DNA of 61,665 nucleotides, the filler included. It is 13 parts of 13 records of this genome, joined end to end, with 100 filler letters (N's around TTAATTAATTAA, not from the genome) between each part and the next. Parts side by side here need not be neighbours in the genome. Positions count along the whole stretch, not along the records: positions 42,706 to 47,918 come from SRR15195285_5844; positions 48,019 to 51,613 come from SRR15195285_5852; positions 51,714 to 56,310 come from SRR15195285_5860; positions 56,411 to 61,665 come from SRR15195285_5864; 9 more parts are not named here. One strand, given 5' to 3'. Position 1 is the first letter of the stretch, and the number at the start of each line of letters is the position of its first letter. Positions 47,856 through 59,054 of this stretch are shown piece by piece. The position numbers and the translations under genes were made by a program. The notes under the pieces were generated by a model. It saw nothing but the letters and a program-made list of their open reading frames with translations, was not told the DNA's origin and ran no database searches.

Positions 47856-48105
47856 CGCTGCCGCCAACCCGTTCGCCCTCTCACCTCTCGCGCCCGCGCT
47901 GTCTCCCTACTTCTCCACNNNNNNNNNNNNNNNNNNNNNNNNNNNNNNNNNNNNNNNNNNNNTTAATTAATTAANNNNNNNNNNNNNNNNNNNNNNNNNN
48001 NNNNNNNNNNNNNNNNNNCAGCAGCAGCAGCAGCAGCAGCAGCAGTGTGTGAGAACCATGAACGGCGCGCATCAGACGAGCGTTGAACCATCAGCGGCTG
48101 TGTAG

Positions 48106-51100
48106 CTAGGTGGCACACATGGAAGGGCTGAGCAGAATGAAACCAGCGTTAGTTACCCAGCTCCCAAGACGATTCTCTTTATGTGCCGGAGATGTCGGAG
48201 GCAGTTTCGCCGTTCCAGGCCAATGGATCAAAAACAGATCCAAGTAATCCACGCCAAGTCTATCGAGGGAAGCGCTGAATGCGTTCAGAGTTCTGTCGAA
48301 CCCAGCATCCTGTGGACGCACCTTTGAAGTGAGGAAAATCTGCTCACGCGGCACCGCAAAGTCACCCTTGAGACTTCCTTCGTCGCGGAGGACAGCACCA
48401 ATCTCAGCTTCGTTGCAGTAGCTCGCGGCAGTATCGATCAGCCGACAGCCCACGCTCAAAGCAGTTCTCACGACCTTGCTGACATCAAGATTACGCACAC
48501 GATATGTTCCTATCCCAACCAACGGCATCAAAACCGGACCCGCGTCCCGACTTTCGTTGACAACAGAACATGTTCCCTCATGTGGTGCTCCTACTATCGA
48601 TTCTTTCTGACGGTGCAGCTCCACGGCCCATTCAGGCTGCTCTAGACTTGGAAATGGTGTATCCCTTTTGTCTGATACAAAACGTGAAACCATTTCGCCA
48701 GCGCGTGCAGCAAATGCCACTTCGCAAGCTGATACTGCCTCCGCAACTTCAGACACTGTCACCAGATCCTCGCACCCAAGAGGCGTAAACCATACGATCG
48801 AGAAACGTTCCCCCTCGAACGGCAATGTCCAGTGGCGCTGATTCCAACCGTCAAACTCGAGGGCCTTGTAACGGATGTCGTTAACGCTCCCTTCGACCAC
48901 AAGTTCACCACCACTGTATTCTCCTAGTCCAACAATCATCGAGACATGTTGTCCCGCTCCCGCACCACTGTCCTTGTGTGGCTTAAACTGAGCGTGCTTG
49001 TTCACGACGATTGTTGAGCTTGCCGGGCGGCCGGGCAAGATAATGTGCTCCAACGCGATAGCAGCCTGCAGTAACTCCGGGAACACCTCGTTTGCGGTCG
49101 GCTGTTTGAGGTGACCTGGCATCCGGCCAAGGGCGAACGACTCCCCGAGGCGCGAATATTTATCGATGACGTTCCGACGACTGGCTGAGGAAGCAGGCCA
49201 GCGACCACTCTGCTCCGCCTCTCGGAGTAGGCACAGTATGTGGCGAAAAGCGGGAGGCACAGCTATTGAAATTGGCGGAAGGACACCTTCCAACGCTCCG
49301 TGCTGCTTGGATTGATAAAATCTCAGCTCGCGTGTCATACGTGTTACGCACGTGACCGAGGATTCGTCGTACAAAATGTTCTGAACCCACTGATCCCACC
49401 GACCGACACCCATTGCAGCTCCAGCTGCGCTTGCCGCTGTTTCTGCTTCAGAAAGGTCGATGGAGCGCTCTAGTTCGGCCATGTGTGCGTGCAGGGACGC
49501 TCTCCACGCAGCAGTCTCGTGCTGTCGATAGGAATTTAGAATGACGGCGTTGTCTCTGTCGTTTGTCGGTTCCTTGATTTCGCCTGGCTCATCGAGCTTC
49601 GCGCGCACAATCTTTCGATTATAAATGCAATCAACAATCGCACCAAGATGAGCTGGTGCGCACGGTACCGGCAGCACTACGTTCTCGTCCAAAGCAAGCT
49701 GGATATACGAATCCGATACGTCGCCCCGGGCGACGGTGACAAGCAGGCCCACGATCTTTCGAAGCTGCTTATACAAGAACCCGTCTTCAAGTGCTTGGAA
49801 CGTCAACACTACGCATTCGAGGCTTGGCCCAAGTTGCACAATCCCACGGCAAAAAAAGCGAAACCCTTTCGCGCGCTTCTTGGCACGCGATTCGGTCGAA
49901 GCTACTCCTTCAGAAAAATTGTGGTAGGCGTGCAATCGGTTGCCTTGAAACTGCTTGATTAGTCCCTTCAGCCGTGCGAGTAGACGAATGCGGTATAGAG
50001 CCCAGTGGCGGACCCCTGCTCCTCCCTGCGCTTGGGCGCCGCTGTCTTCCCGCTGCTCTGACTGCATCCCAACCTCGTCGGCGGCAGCCCGCATTCGCTT
50101 GTGGTCAGGAGAACAACCCTGCTCGTCCAGCACTGTGCTGCTGTCTAGTCTGTCAGTCGTTGTTGCCTCAGCATGCCAGGCGAACGGGCCGTGAAGCAAG
50201 CACTCGGCCAGCCGCAGATCCGAGAAGCGAAGTCCTGTTGCTTCCTTCTCTCTGCCTTGCACTCGCCAGCCAATGAACGAGATTACAGTACCACTCGGCA
50301 GCCGCTGCTCATTGGCCTTGCCAAGCACACTGCATGTAGCGCTGTCGAGGGACACCCACGTCATTCGTGCGGCAACTGGTTGGCAGATCAACAGCTCGCG
50401 CTGGTTCAGGCTATCGAGCGCGCTCGTGGTCTCATAGCGTTCAGCTGAGGCGTACCATACTACAGCGTCAGATACTGATGCCCCACTTACGCCGAAAACT
50501 AGCTGCACGGAAGGACCGAGGCCACCCCCGTCGATTAGCTGTTGCCACCATTCGGTATACACGTACTCTGACAGTGGCACGGGTCGCGGCAGCTTGCGGT
50601 GGGCGAACGCTGCTGCAGCGGCAGGTACATGTACGGACAGACCAGCAGCTGTGCAGCTGAGTGTTACAACGTCGCCACTGGACGGTGGCAACACCAGCGT
50701 CCAGCCCTTAGATTCTGTTGTGCACACGGATCGCTCCCACCGCCACTCGGCCTGGGAGCTGCGCTTCGCTACCTCGGCTGCCGCGACGGGGTTCTCTGCC
50801 ACCAGCGTGTGGAGCGGTACCATTATCTCGTAGCGCCGCCTTGCGACCGAGTTGTTTGCATGAAAATCGTTCTCCACCGGCCAACGTCCAAGCACACGAA
50901 TATCATCGGGCAGTTGCGCGTTTACGTGCTGCACCCAGGCCCGAGTGGCGGGAGGATCCACGAGCCTGTTGGCGTCGATACACACCACGTTACCGATCGA
51001 GTGCAGGCCACGGTCGGTCCGCGACGCCCGAGTGAATCGCGCAATCCTGCCGGGTGCGCCACCGGACCCGTCCACTGCGTTCACAGCCTTCCATAACAAG

Positions 51101-51510
51101 CCCTCTATCTCGCCGTGCACGCCATCCGACTGCCAGTGTGCGCCTTGATACACGGCACCGGCGCCAGTGTATCTCTCCCCCGCGTAGACCAGAAGCACTG
51201 CCACACGCTCTCTCCCTACCGATTCCAACAACACGTGTACACAGTCAATTGGATTGATGTAGCAGGTCGCGCGCGGCGCGAGCAGCGTCTACACATGTAC
51301 ACATGCCGGCGCACGTATCGTACGCTTGGGGACCGCCATCCCAGCATCCCGCGCCTTGGCCATGCAGTCCTCCCCACCTGGGCCGTCGCCGCGCAGGTGC
51401 TTGAAGAGCTTCGTCCGCGAGGGAAACACAGTGCCGCAGTGGGCGCATGAGTGCCCAGCAGCTGCGGCTTCCCCCTGCTTACAGCCAGAGCCACGTCCGA
51501 GCGAAGCCAT
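48106..51510 (-). CDS. Fusion protein, 3' partial: C2H2 zinc finger - TruA/PUS1-type pseudouridine synthase - 2OG-Fe(II) dioxygenase-like domain - aldo-keto reductase
   Basis: CAHCGTVFPSRTKLFKHL in exon 1. One uninterrupted 1042-codon ORF then carries RASRTDRGLHSIGNV, RRRYEI, YHNFS, GFLYKQLRKIVG; PHKDSG..GGEL..FDGWNQRHWTLPFEGERFSIVWF; and MPLVGIGTY, LIDTAASYCNE, FLTSK, DLFLIHWP. Confidence 0.88.
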
Positions 51511-51790
51511 ACGCGCGGGTATCGTACGCGTATCTACACCGCCGGTCGCGCGCGCGCTGCTTGTCGTGCACAGTAAGTACGAGTTTTGGGTCCTGAATCA
51601 GACCTCGAGAGGTNNNNNNNNNNNNNNNNNNNNNNNNNNNNNNNNNNNNNNNNNNNNTTAATTAATTAANNNNNNNNNNNNNNNNNNNNNNNNNNNNNNN
51701 NNNNNNNNNNNNNCCATCCCCCATTACTTGACTACAGGGTGCGGCGCGCGCTGCCGCCGGGGGCCCACGCAGAGGAAGCTCAGCACTGAG

Positions 51791-54583
51791 ATGGCGTATG
51801 TGGCTGCGCAGCTGCTGCTGGCCGCCGTCATCGGCAGCTCATCCAGCGACACCAGTGGTCCCACACCTGCTTGCAAGGGCCAGCGGACAGACGGTGCCTC
51901 ACGACGTGCCTGCACTGATACGATCGTGTCGAACGTCACCACTGCGGGAGACTGCGAGGCGCTCTGCTGCGCAGATAGCGTGGCACACCCGGTACCCTAC
52001 CCAGGCGCGGTGCCGGTTGGGTGTGTCGCCTGGTACCACAGCGAGTACTCCCAGTGTTTCATGTGCAACGGGCAACGGGGTGAACAGACACGGTAAAGCC
52101 GGCCCGTGGCCACCGGTCGCAAACGAAACAGACCCAAAGTGCGTGCCGAGGAAATCGTGGAAGAACCCGGGGACGGCTAATATCACTTGCATGACGGGCA
52201 CGATTACTCCCACTCCGGCACCACTCCCACCGAAACCGCCTGCAGTTTTCAAAGGGTTCATCGGGACGGAGGCCCATCCGGAGTACGTGGACGGCGCTGT
52301 AGGAATGCGCGCGCCAACTCGCGTCGGCAACAGCAGCGAGCCCCTGAACGCTACCACCGAGCTCACGGACAAGGGGTGGCCTAAGATGGACTGTGACATT
52401 ACGATCTTCGACCATCGACCAACGCACGCTTGGGCTCCACCGATGGACGACCCAGAGCACCGACAGGTCGACCTCTCTGGCACCTGGACCCTCAGTAAGA
52501 AATCAGCTGCCGTTGCTGTTGCCGTTGCTGCTGCCGTTGTTGCTGAGACTAATTCTTGCTGAAATGTTTGGGCGTGTCGCGTCACCATCACACAGCGCTA
52601 CGAGGCAATGCCAATGTAACGCTTATCGATCCGATTGGGATTTCACTCGGTGCTCCAAGCTACAGTAAAGAGACGAACACGCTGACACAATCAATTATCT
52701 TCGCCAAGGGTGGCTATCCGAAAGTGCAGAACCTCTTGGCACTAAGTTTTACCGACACGCGCGCGACGCCAGGCTCCGACGCTGGGTCGGGGTTTTCTGA
52801 GTTGAAGATCTACCGGCCTGGTTACGCGCCAGAGCTGCAGGACGAGGCGCCACCGCAGCTGTTCACGGATAATATGATGGCTTTGCTGAAGATTTTTGAC
52901 CACACGCGCTGGATGGGTACAACAGGACAAGAGTCTTATAACTTTCGTTGTGGCCCGCCGAATGCCGGGGCATGCTCCGCTGTCGCTTGGGACGAGAGGA
53001 TAATCCCAGACAGAGCGTTTCAGTCACCTACGTGGTGTACTGGTGAGTGCGGCGCCATAACACCATGGGAACATGTGCTGCTGGCTGCGAACGAGATCGG
53101 CTCAGATGTTTGGATCAACGTGCCCATCACAGCGACGTCCCCGAGCGGTGAGACTTGGATCGCAGTACACTGCCGACTTTGCATGATCGTTTGGTCGGAC
53201 GCTCGATAGTTTCTTGCATTGCTTTGATAGCTGACGGTGCTTGCATGAGTGCAGTCTGTCGGACAGATCCAAACGGTGACCATACTACGTGTCTCCCAGA
53301 GGCACCAGAGGAAACTTATGAATACCAGCTGGCAAAACTCTTCCGTGATGGCAACGAGTTCACTGGAAATGTTGGGTTGGACCCGAAGCTCAAGATTTAT
53401 GTCGAGCATTCCAACGAGGTATGGAATTATGGGTTCAGACAGCACGCCATTAATCAGAACATTGCGGACTTTGAAGTTTCGAATGGTTCCCTCTACCCAT
53501 CGATGAAGAAATCGAACTTGGCCTCCGCTGTCCTCGGGCGGGAGGATATCGATGCTCGGCAGCACTGCACAAATACAAGCGGTGTAGTCAACCCAAAGAC
53601 GGGTGAGTCCACACTCGTCGGTAGTGCTTGCTGGTCGAGGCGGCGACACGCGCGGAGGGTGTATGAAATCAGCCGAACCTTCCAATCTGTCTTTGGAGAG
53701 GGTAGCCTCGCAACACATAGCAATCCGAACGGTCGAGTTCGGATGGTATATGCTTCATGGGGGCTGGAGAACATGTTCCAGAATTACTACAACGACACGT
53801 TGTCGTGGCTTGAAGCGGAGTATGGCCCCGTGAGCGATTACCTTTATGCGATCAGCTATGCACAGTATTTCGCACCGTCTGGCTGCAATGATGGTCACTG
53901 CGAGGGTGGTGGCAGCGGGTTCAACTACTCGACCGCAAGCCTGCCTCAGGTCATCGATGGTTTCCACAACGGCACTAAGCTTGGCATCCCAGTGACCATG
54001 CAATTCGTCAAGTTCGCCAAGTCACTGCAGGTCAAGACTATGAGCTACGAAGGCGGTCCAGGCTATCATGTAGGGGCAGAGAAACCTGGTTCAAGCGGCT
54101 TGAACCTGATGATCGAGGGATCACGACTGCCCGGGATGAAAGCTGTGGTGATAGATCACGTCGATACCTGCTGGCAATACGGCTGGGACTCGTGAGCATT
54201 GAGCAGCCGCTGCATCCTCTGTCTCTGCTTGACCCTGTAATCTATGGTTTACTCATCGAAAGCACTGGCCTGTATCTCAAATTGGTTTAGGTACAACTAC
54301 TTTGCTGTAGTTAGCCCAGCATCTGAATACGGTTGCTTTGGGGCCACCGAGTCGTGAGTATTGAGCAAATGCTGCATCGTCTCTCTTTGCTTGACCCTGT
54401 ACTCTAAGGTTTACTCATCGAAAGAACATACTGGCCTGTATCTCAAATTGGTTTAGGTATGGGAACATCAACCCTGGGCCTCCAAAGCTGCAAGCGCTGT
54501 ACGAGCTGACGGGCCATTCTCCCGATGAGCTGGCGCAGTGGGCGGCAGATCGCGCGCGACCTCGTGCTAGGTCCTCGTACTAA
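51791..54583 (+). CDS. Secreted protein with a PAN-like N-terminal module and a bacterial-type clan GH-A-like catalytic domain; 4 introns; apparent frameshift at 52065-52078
   Basis: Signal peptide; PWEHVLLAANEIGSDVWINVP, YVEHSNEVWN, MSYEGG; exons joined by GT-AG introns including 54192-54290 and 54354-54456; TAA at 54581-54583. Confidence 0.8.
54192..54456 (+). mobile_element. Two near-identical spliceosomal introns (54192-54290, 54354-54456), introner-like
   Basis: 99 and 103 nt, both GTGAG..TTTAG, ~10 substitutions plus one 4-nt indel, separated by a 63-nt exon. Mobility is inferred. Confidence 0.6.
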
Positions 54584-54715
54584 TGGGCGTTTCAATCTCA
54601 TGTTCACCTGCCCAGCTCCAGGTCTTAGATCATAGAACCCTATTGGTGCCAGCGTGGATAGGCAGGTGCATACACTTTTGTGTTTGGTGTTTGAAGATGT
54701 CATTGTTCCAAAAAG

Positions 54716-56027
54716 TCAATGATTGTATACGCTCACTGTCGTTGGATAGCTAGCACCGATACCTGCGCCGCTGTCGCCTTGGAATGAATTCAGCAGCGAA
54801 CAGCGTGCAATTGGTTCCTCGTCACCTGGCTCTTGCTCTACTGGAGGAATGGAGACGGCATAGACTCGATGGACGCGATCAAACGGTTTGCCTTGCAACG
54901 CGAAGCTGAAACATGCGTAGAGCATTCGAGTAGTGTCGTCAAACTCGATCGCTTCTAGCACCCCTCCTGGAACCTGGAGCCCGCCAGACAGTCATGTGGA
55001 AGCCTCAGCGCGCACGCAGTAGAAATGGCACTAATTTCAATGCGTTACTCACACCACGTCCAGGAAGGCCTGTTGTACCACAGACCTTATTGAGACTTGG
55101 GACCACAACGCGTGGTGTCACGCTTTTGGACCCGAGATCCTGTAGCTTCAACGCCACGATGTTGATCGACAAGCCACCAGTCCCGTCTGAGGTAGACTGG
55201 TCTGTTAGTAGTTCGTCACGCCCGCGATCAGCTGCCAGTGTGTTCATCAGGAACCCCGCAACTCGTGGTGAGACTACTGTTTTGCCCCCAGCTCCAAGAG
55301 CGATCTGAGCGGCCCCGCCCCCCCCACCAGCGCAAAAGCAAGTGTCAACGTACGTGTCGCCTAGCACGACGCCGCGATTCGAGAGCGTGCAGTTCTGAGT
55401 GGTGTTTGCCGCCGCCGAGAGATCCGCATAGTCAAGTTTCGTGACGGGTGTGACGTGTGGATCTGAAGTCGACGGTGGCGACCAAAAGAGCTTGCCAGCG
55501 CCGATGCGATGCCCACCACTACTCGCACCCTGTGCGACCAGAGTTCCATCCGCAATGAGGACCCCACCGTTCCACACCCGCAGCTGTGTGATTGCGCCTG
55601 GCATCACACCTGGCAGAGCGCCTGTGCATGGGGTACTGGTTCCGAGCTGTAGCGCGCGGATGGCTGACAGCCCTGGATACCCTAGATTCGGCACTGCGGC
55701 GACATAGAGGCAGCCACTGGATGGTGATGCAGCGAGGGCGCCAGTCACCGCAACGGGGTGATAAGCCCAGCTTGTGTTACAGCTCCACTGGGACGATCCA
55801 GCGGCCAATGTACAGAGACCCACACTGTCCGGTGCCGCGGGGATGTACCGCGAAGTGGCGATGAAGACCCCTGGTGCCACACTGCCAGCAGCTGGCTGAT
55901 GCGATGGCTGATGCGTTGGCATCACCGACGACTGACCGCTTATCTTGCCCTGCACATGAATGCTGGACGAATGCACCAGCAGTACTAGTAGTGCGAGCGG
56001 GAGTGACGGCGGCATAACCAGCATCAT
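54716..56027 (-). CDS. Secreted hypothetical protein (beta-rich, possibly propeller-like); 1 intron
   Basis: Hydrophobic leader LPLALLVLLVHSS. ORF 55005-56078 splices (GTGAGT..CTCCAG) in frame to ORF 54716-54961. Confidence 0.65.
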
Positions 56028-56468
56028 CGGCCTTCGGGGGGCATCGCGGCGCGCTGGCCCCGCCGGCGCCGCCGGCATCCGCGCGATCAGGGCATTATGT
56101 ACTATTATATATAGCTACGTAGACGCACGCACGCACGCAGGCAGCGAGGCCAGATACAGTACTCTCGAGAGCTAGAGTAGCCGCAGTGCCCAGGTTGACA
56201 CGGCATGAGTCTCGCGCTGCTGATTCGTCGGATCCTCGTCACTCATGTTGCCCCGTTGGGAGTATGAAAAACTCACTGACAACTGCAGTGCACCCCTCTG
56301 ACCGCCTCGANNNNNNNNNNNNNNNNNNNNNNNNNNNNNNNNNNNNNNNNNNNNTTAATTAATTAANNNNNNNNNNNNNNNNNNNNNNNNNNNNNNNNNN
56401 NNNNNNNNNNGGGGTGGTGCGGCGTGGTGTTTTTTTGGTTTTTTGAGGGAGCAGCGTAATAGGCTGGG

Positions 56469-58952
56469 ATGGCTGGCGGGATGGCTGCGGTGAGCGTGGC
56501 GATGCTGGCGGTGGCCGGCGGCGGGCTGGTGCCGGGGGCGGAGGGGGCGGATGCGCAGCATCAGTTCTGCATCGTCGGGGCGGGTCCCGGCGGGCTGCAG
56601 CTGGGGCAGTACATGATGAAGGGAGGGCGCGACTACATGCTCTACGAGCGCAACCCACGCGCCGGGTCTTTCTTCGAGACGTACCCCATCCACCGCGGGC
56701 TCATCTCGCTCAACAAGCGTAACACAGGCCGCGATAACGCGATGTTCAACATGCGCCACGACTGGAACTCGCTCCTGGACACCGACGTCACGCCCATCAC
56801 CGAGCGCACCACCGACCGCTGGCCGCACGCGGACGTCCTGACCGAGTACGCTCGCGACTTTGCCGTCGAGCAGCACGAGAAGGGTCTCATCGCCTACAAC
56901 ACCGCCGCGAAGCACGTGGTGCGCGACCCGAGCGGCGGCTTCGAGATGACGCTGTCGCACAGGGACGAGAGCGGCGCAGAGACCCACACCTCGACGGTGC
57001 TCTGCGACGTGCTGATCTCGACCATGGGTCTGAGCGTCCCGAACAGTCCCGAGGGCATGGTGGGACTCGAGCACTGCGAGTTCTATGCCGACTTACCGGA
57101 GACCAAGGAAGCCTTCGAGAAGAAGAAGGTCGTGATCTTTGGGCTTGGCAACGCAGCGTTCGAAACCGCCAACGGCATGGCTCCGTATGTCGACTACGTG
57201 CACGTGTTCCCTGGCCGCAGCAAGGCCACGCACCCGCTCGTGAGCTGGGAGACACGATACCCGGGTGCTGTGCGGGCGATCAACGCCGACCTGCTGGATG
57301 CATACCTGCTGAAGTCTATTGATGGCGGCATGCAGCAGGGTCGTTTGTCCATGAGCGCCGACTCTTTGGCCGTGTTCAAGACCAGCCAGGGCCAGAAGGC
57401 GCTCTTCCCTTACCGTCGGGACGAGCGGAACAAGGCCGCAGCAGCCCGTTGGCCGACCGAGAAGACGATCACCGCTGGTTACTTCTGCACCGACAACGAG
57501 TGGGCATTGGGTTTCGTCAAGTCGCTGGGGAGCGATATCTTCAACACTGCGATGCAGAGCAACGTGACCCTCGCTGAGAAAGTGCACCAACCGAGCGACA
57601 CGGGCTCTATGACTATCGAGGAGAAGTTTGCCTTCTCTTGCACGGCTGCACAGCTTGTTGTGCCCGTGTCGGCTGTTAACGATGAGAACATCGATGACTT
57701 GGTACGCTTTGCCAAGGAAGGTGGGGACCCGTACCCGCTGACCTATGACAACGTGATTATCGCCCTCGGCTGGCACCAGGACCTGAGCATGTATGCTGAT
57801 GACATTAAGCCGATCATGATGCCGAACCAGAAGTACGCAGTGATGGACCACGAGTACCAGTCAATCAACGTGCCGGGATTGTATTTTGCTGGGGCCCTCG
57901 CCCACGGCAAGGACTTCAAGCGATCTGCTGGAGGCTTCATTCACGGCTTCCGATACACCGCGAAGGCCCTGTTCCGTATCTTCGAGGCTAAGTACCAGTC
58001 GAAGCCATGGCCGTCGAAGGAGTTCCTTTTCCAAGGTCAGAAGACAGACCTGGACAGCCTCGATATGCTGGTGAAGGATACAATGTATCGCATCGACAAC
58101 GCAGACGCGCCGTACCAGATGGTTGGCGCTCTGGGCGATGGGATCTTGTTCGATTGCCCGAAGAACGAGCTTGGGCGAGTGACCAGCCTGAAGGCAACAT
58201 ATCTTGAAGATGTCCCGGTGGCGTACTTCAACACGCTGCACAAAAACCAATCGCGTATCCTCTGGACGTATGGCTACAACGGCCAGCGACGCTCGCTCCA
58301 GCAGTCGATTGAGGGGGGCACGCTTTTCGAGGTGCACATGTGGAATTTCCAGGGTCACTGCGATCCGTTCAACGAATTGTCAATGGACAAGGACATGGGC
58401 AAGGAAGTAGTGGTGTTCACGGAGCAACTCCACACAGAGTGGGACCAGCAATTCAACCGGGCGGTCTTCCGGAAGCTGCTGCAAGGCAAACTTCAGGCAA
58501 TGTTTACAGGCAAGCCGCGCGACGAGGCAATGCGCCGCCCGACAGGGGAGGAGTACGACCGTGATGATTGGGTGCTGAGCGATATTTATGTGCACTTCAA
58601 CAACGACCTGGAGCAAGAGGTGCGCGTTATGCCGAAAAAGGGCGGCCTGGATCCGTTTCACAAGAGGGATCAAGAGATGACACTTGCACCTGGCCGTGGA
58701 AAGCAGCTGGTGGCGATTGACGGCCAAGAATGGACCATCGAAGTGTCCGGTGGCAGCCATCCGTGCGGCGGCAGAGCAGCGAAGACCTTCGATGTGTCGA
58801 TGGGCAAGGTACAGGATGCCCTGATCAGCAAGCTCCTCGAGGCACAGGAGATGTCTGGAGAGTGCCCGAAGAAACCGAAGGGTGCGAGAGGAGGCCGCCT
58901 GCAGCGTGCACGGGAGCGAGCTGAGGAGAAAAAGCTGAAGGGCAACCGTTGA
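56469..58952 (+). CDS. FOXRED2: FAD-dependent oxidoreductase domain-containing protein 2 (ERFAD) homologue; intronless
   Basis: Signal peptide; CIVGAGPGGLQLG, YPIHRGLISLNKR, FNMRHDWNSLL, GLGNAAFETA, SWETRYPGAVRAIN, RSAGGFIHGFRYTA are characteristic of FOXRED2. Confidence 0.88.
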   Translation: MAGGMAAVSVAMLAVAGGGLVPGAEGADAQHQFCIVGAGPGGLQLGQYMMKGGRDYMLYERNPRAGSFFETYPIHRGLISLNKRNTGRDNAMFNMRHDWNSLLDTDVTPITERTTDRWPHADVLTEYARDFAVEQHEKGLIAYNTAAKHVVRDPSGGFEMTLSHRDESGAETHTSTVLCDVLISTMGLSVPNSPEGMVGLEHCEFYADLPETKEAFEKKKVVIFGLGNAAFETANGMAPYVDYVHVFPGRSKATHPLVSWETRYPGAVRAINADLLDAYLLKSIDGGMQQGRLSMSADSLAVFKTSQGQKALFPYRRDERNKAAAARWPTEKTITAGYFCTDNEWALGFVKSLGSDIFNTAMQSNVTLAEKVHQPSDTGSMTIEEKFAFSCTAAQLVVPVSAVNDENIDDLVRFAKEGGDPYPLTYDNVIIALGWHQDLSMYADDIKPIMMPNQKYAVMDHEYQSINVPGLYFAGALAHGKDFKRSAGGFIHGFRYTAKALFRIFEAKYQSKPWPSKEFLFQGQKTDLDSLDMLVKDTMYRIDNADAPYQMVGALGDGILFDCPKNELGRVTSLKATYLEDVPVAYFNTLHKNQSRILWTYGYNGQRRSLQQSIEGGTLFEVHMWNFQGHCDPFNELSMDKDMGKEVVVFTEQLHTEWDQQFNRAVFRKLLQGKLQAMFTGKPRDEAMRRPTGEEYDRDDWVLSDIYVHFNNDLEQEVRVMPKKGGLDPFHKRDQEMTLAPGRGKQLVAIDGQEWTIEVSGGSHPCGGRAAKTFDVSMGKVQDALISKLLEAQEMSGECPKKPKGARGGRLQRARERAEEKKLKGNR

Positions 58953-59054
58953 TCACAGAGCGCATTTTGTTGAAGCTCAATAACAGAAATGGTTACTAGT
59001 CGCTCGCTAATACACGCGCACACGCACGTGCTCCTAGCCTGTCTCCCTGTTCAC

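Noticed and set aside
46942-47970. 342-aa plus-strand ORF and many similar antisense ORFs (e.g. 44525-45289, 22448-23560, 57093-57851)
   Set aside because: These are shadow ORFs opposite well-supported genes in GC-rich DNA and carry no motifs.
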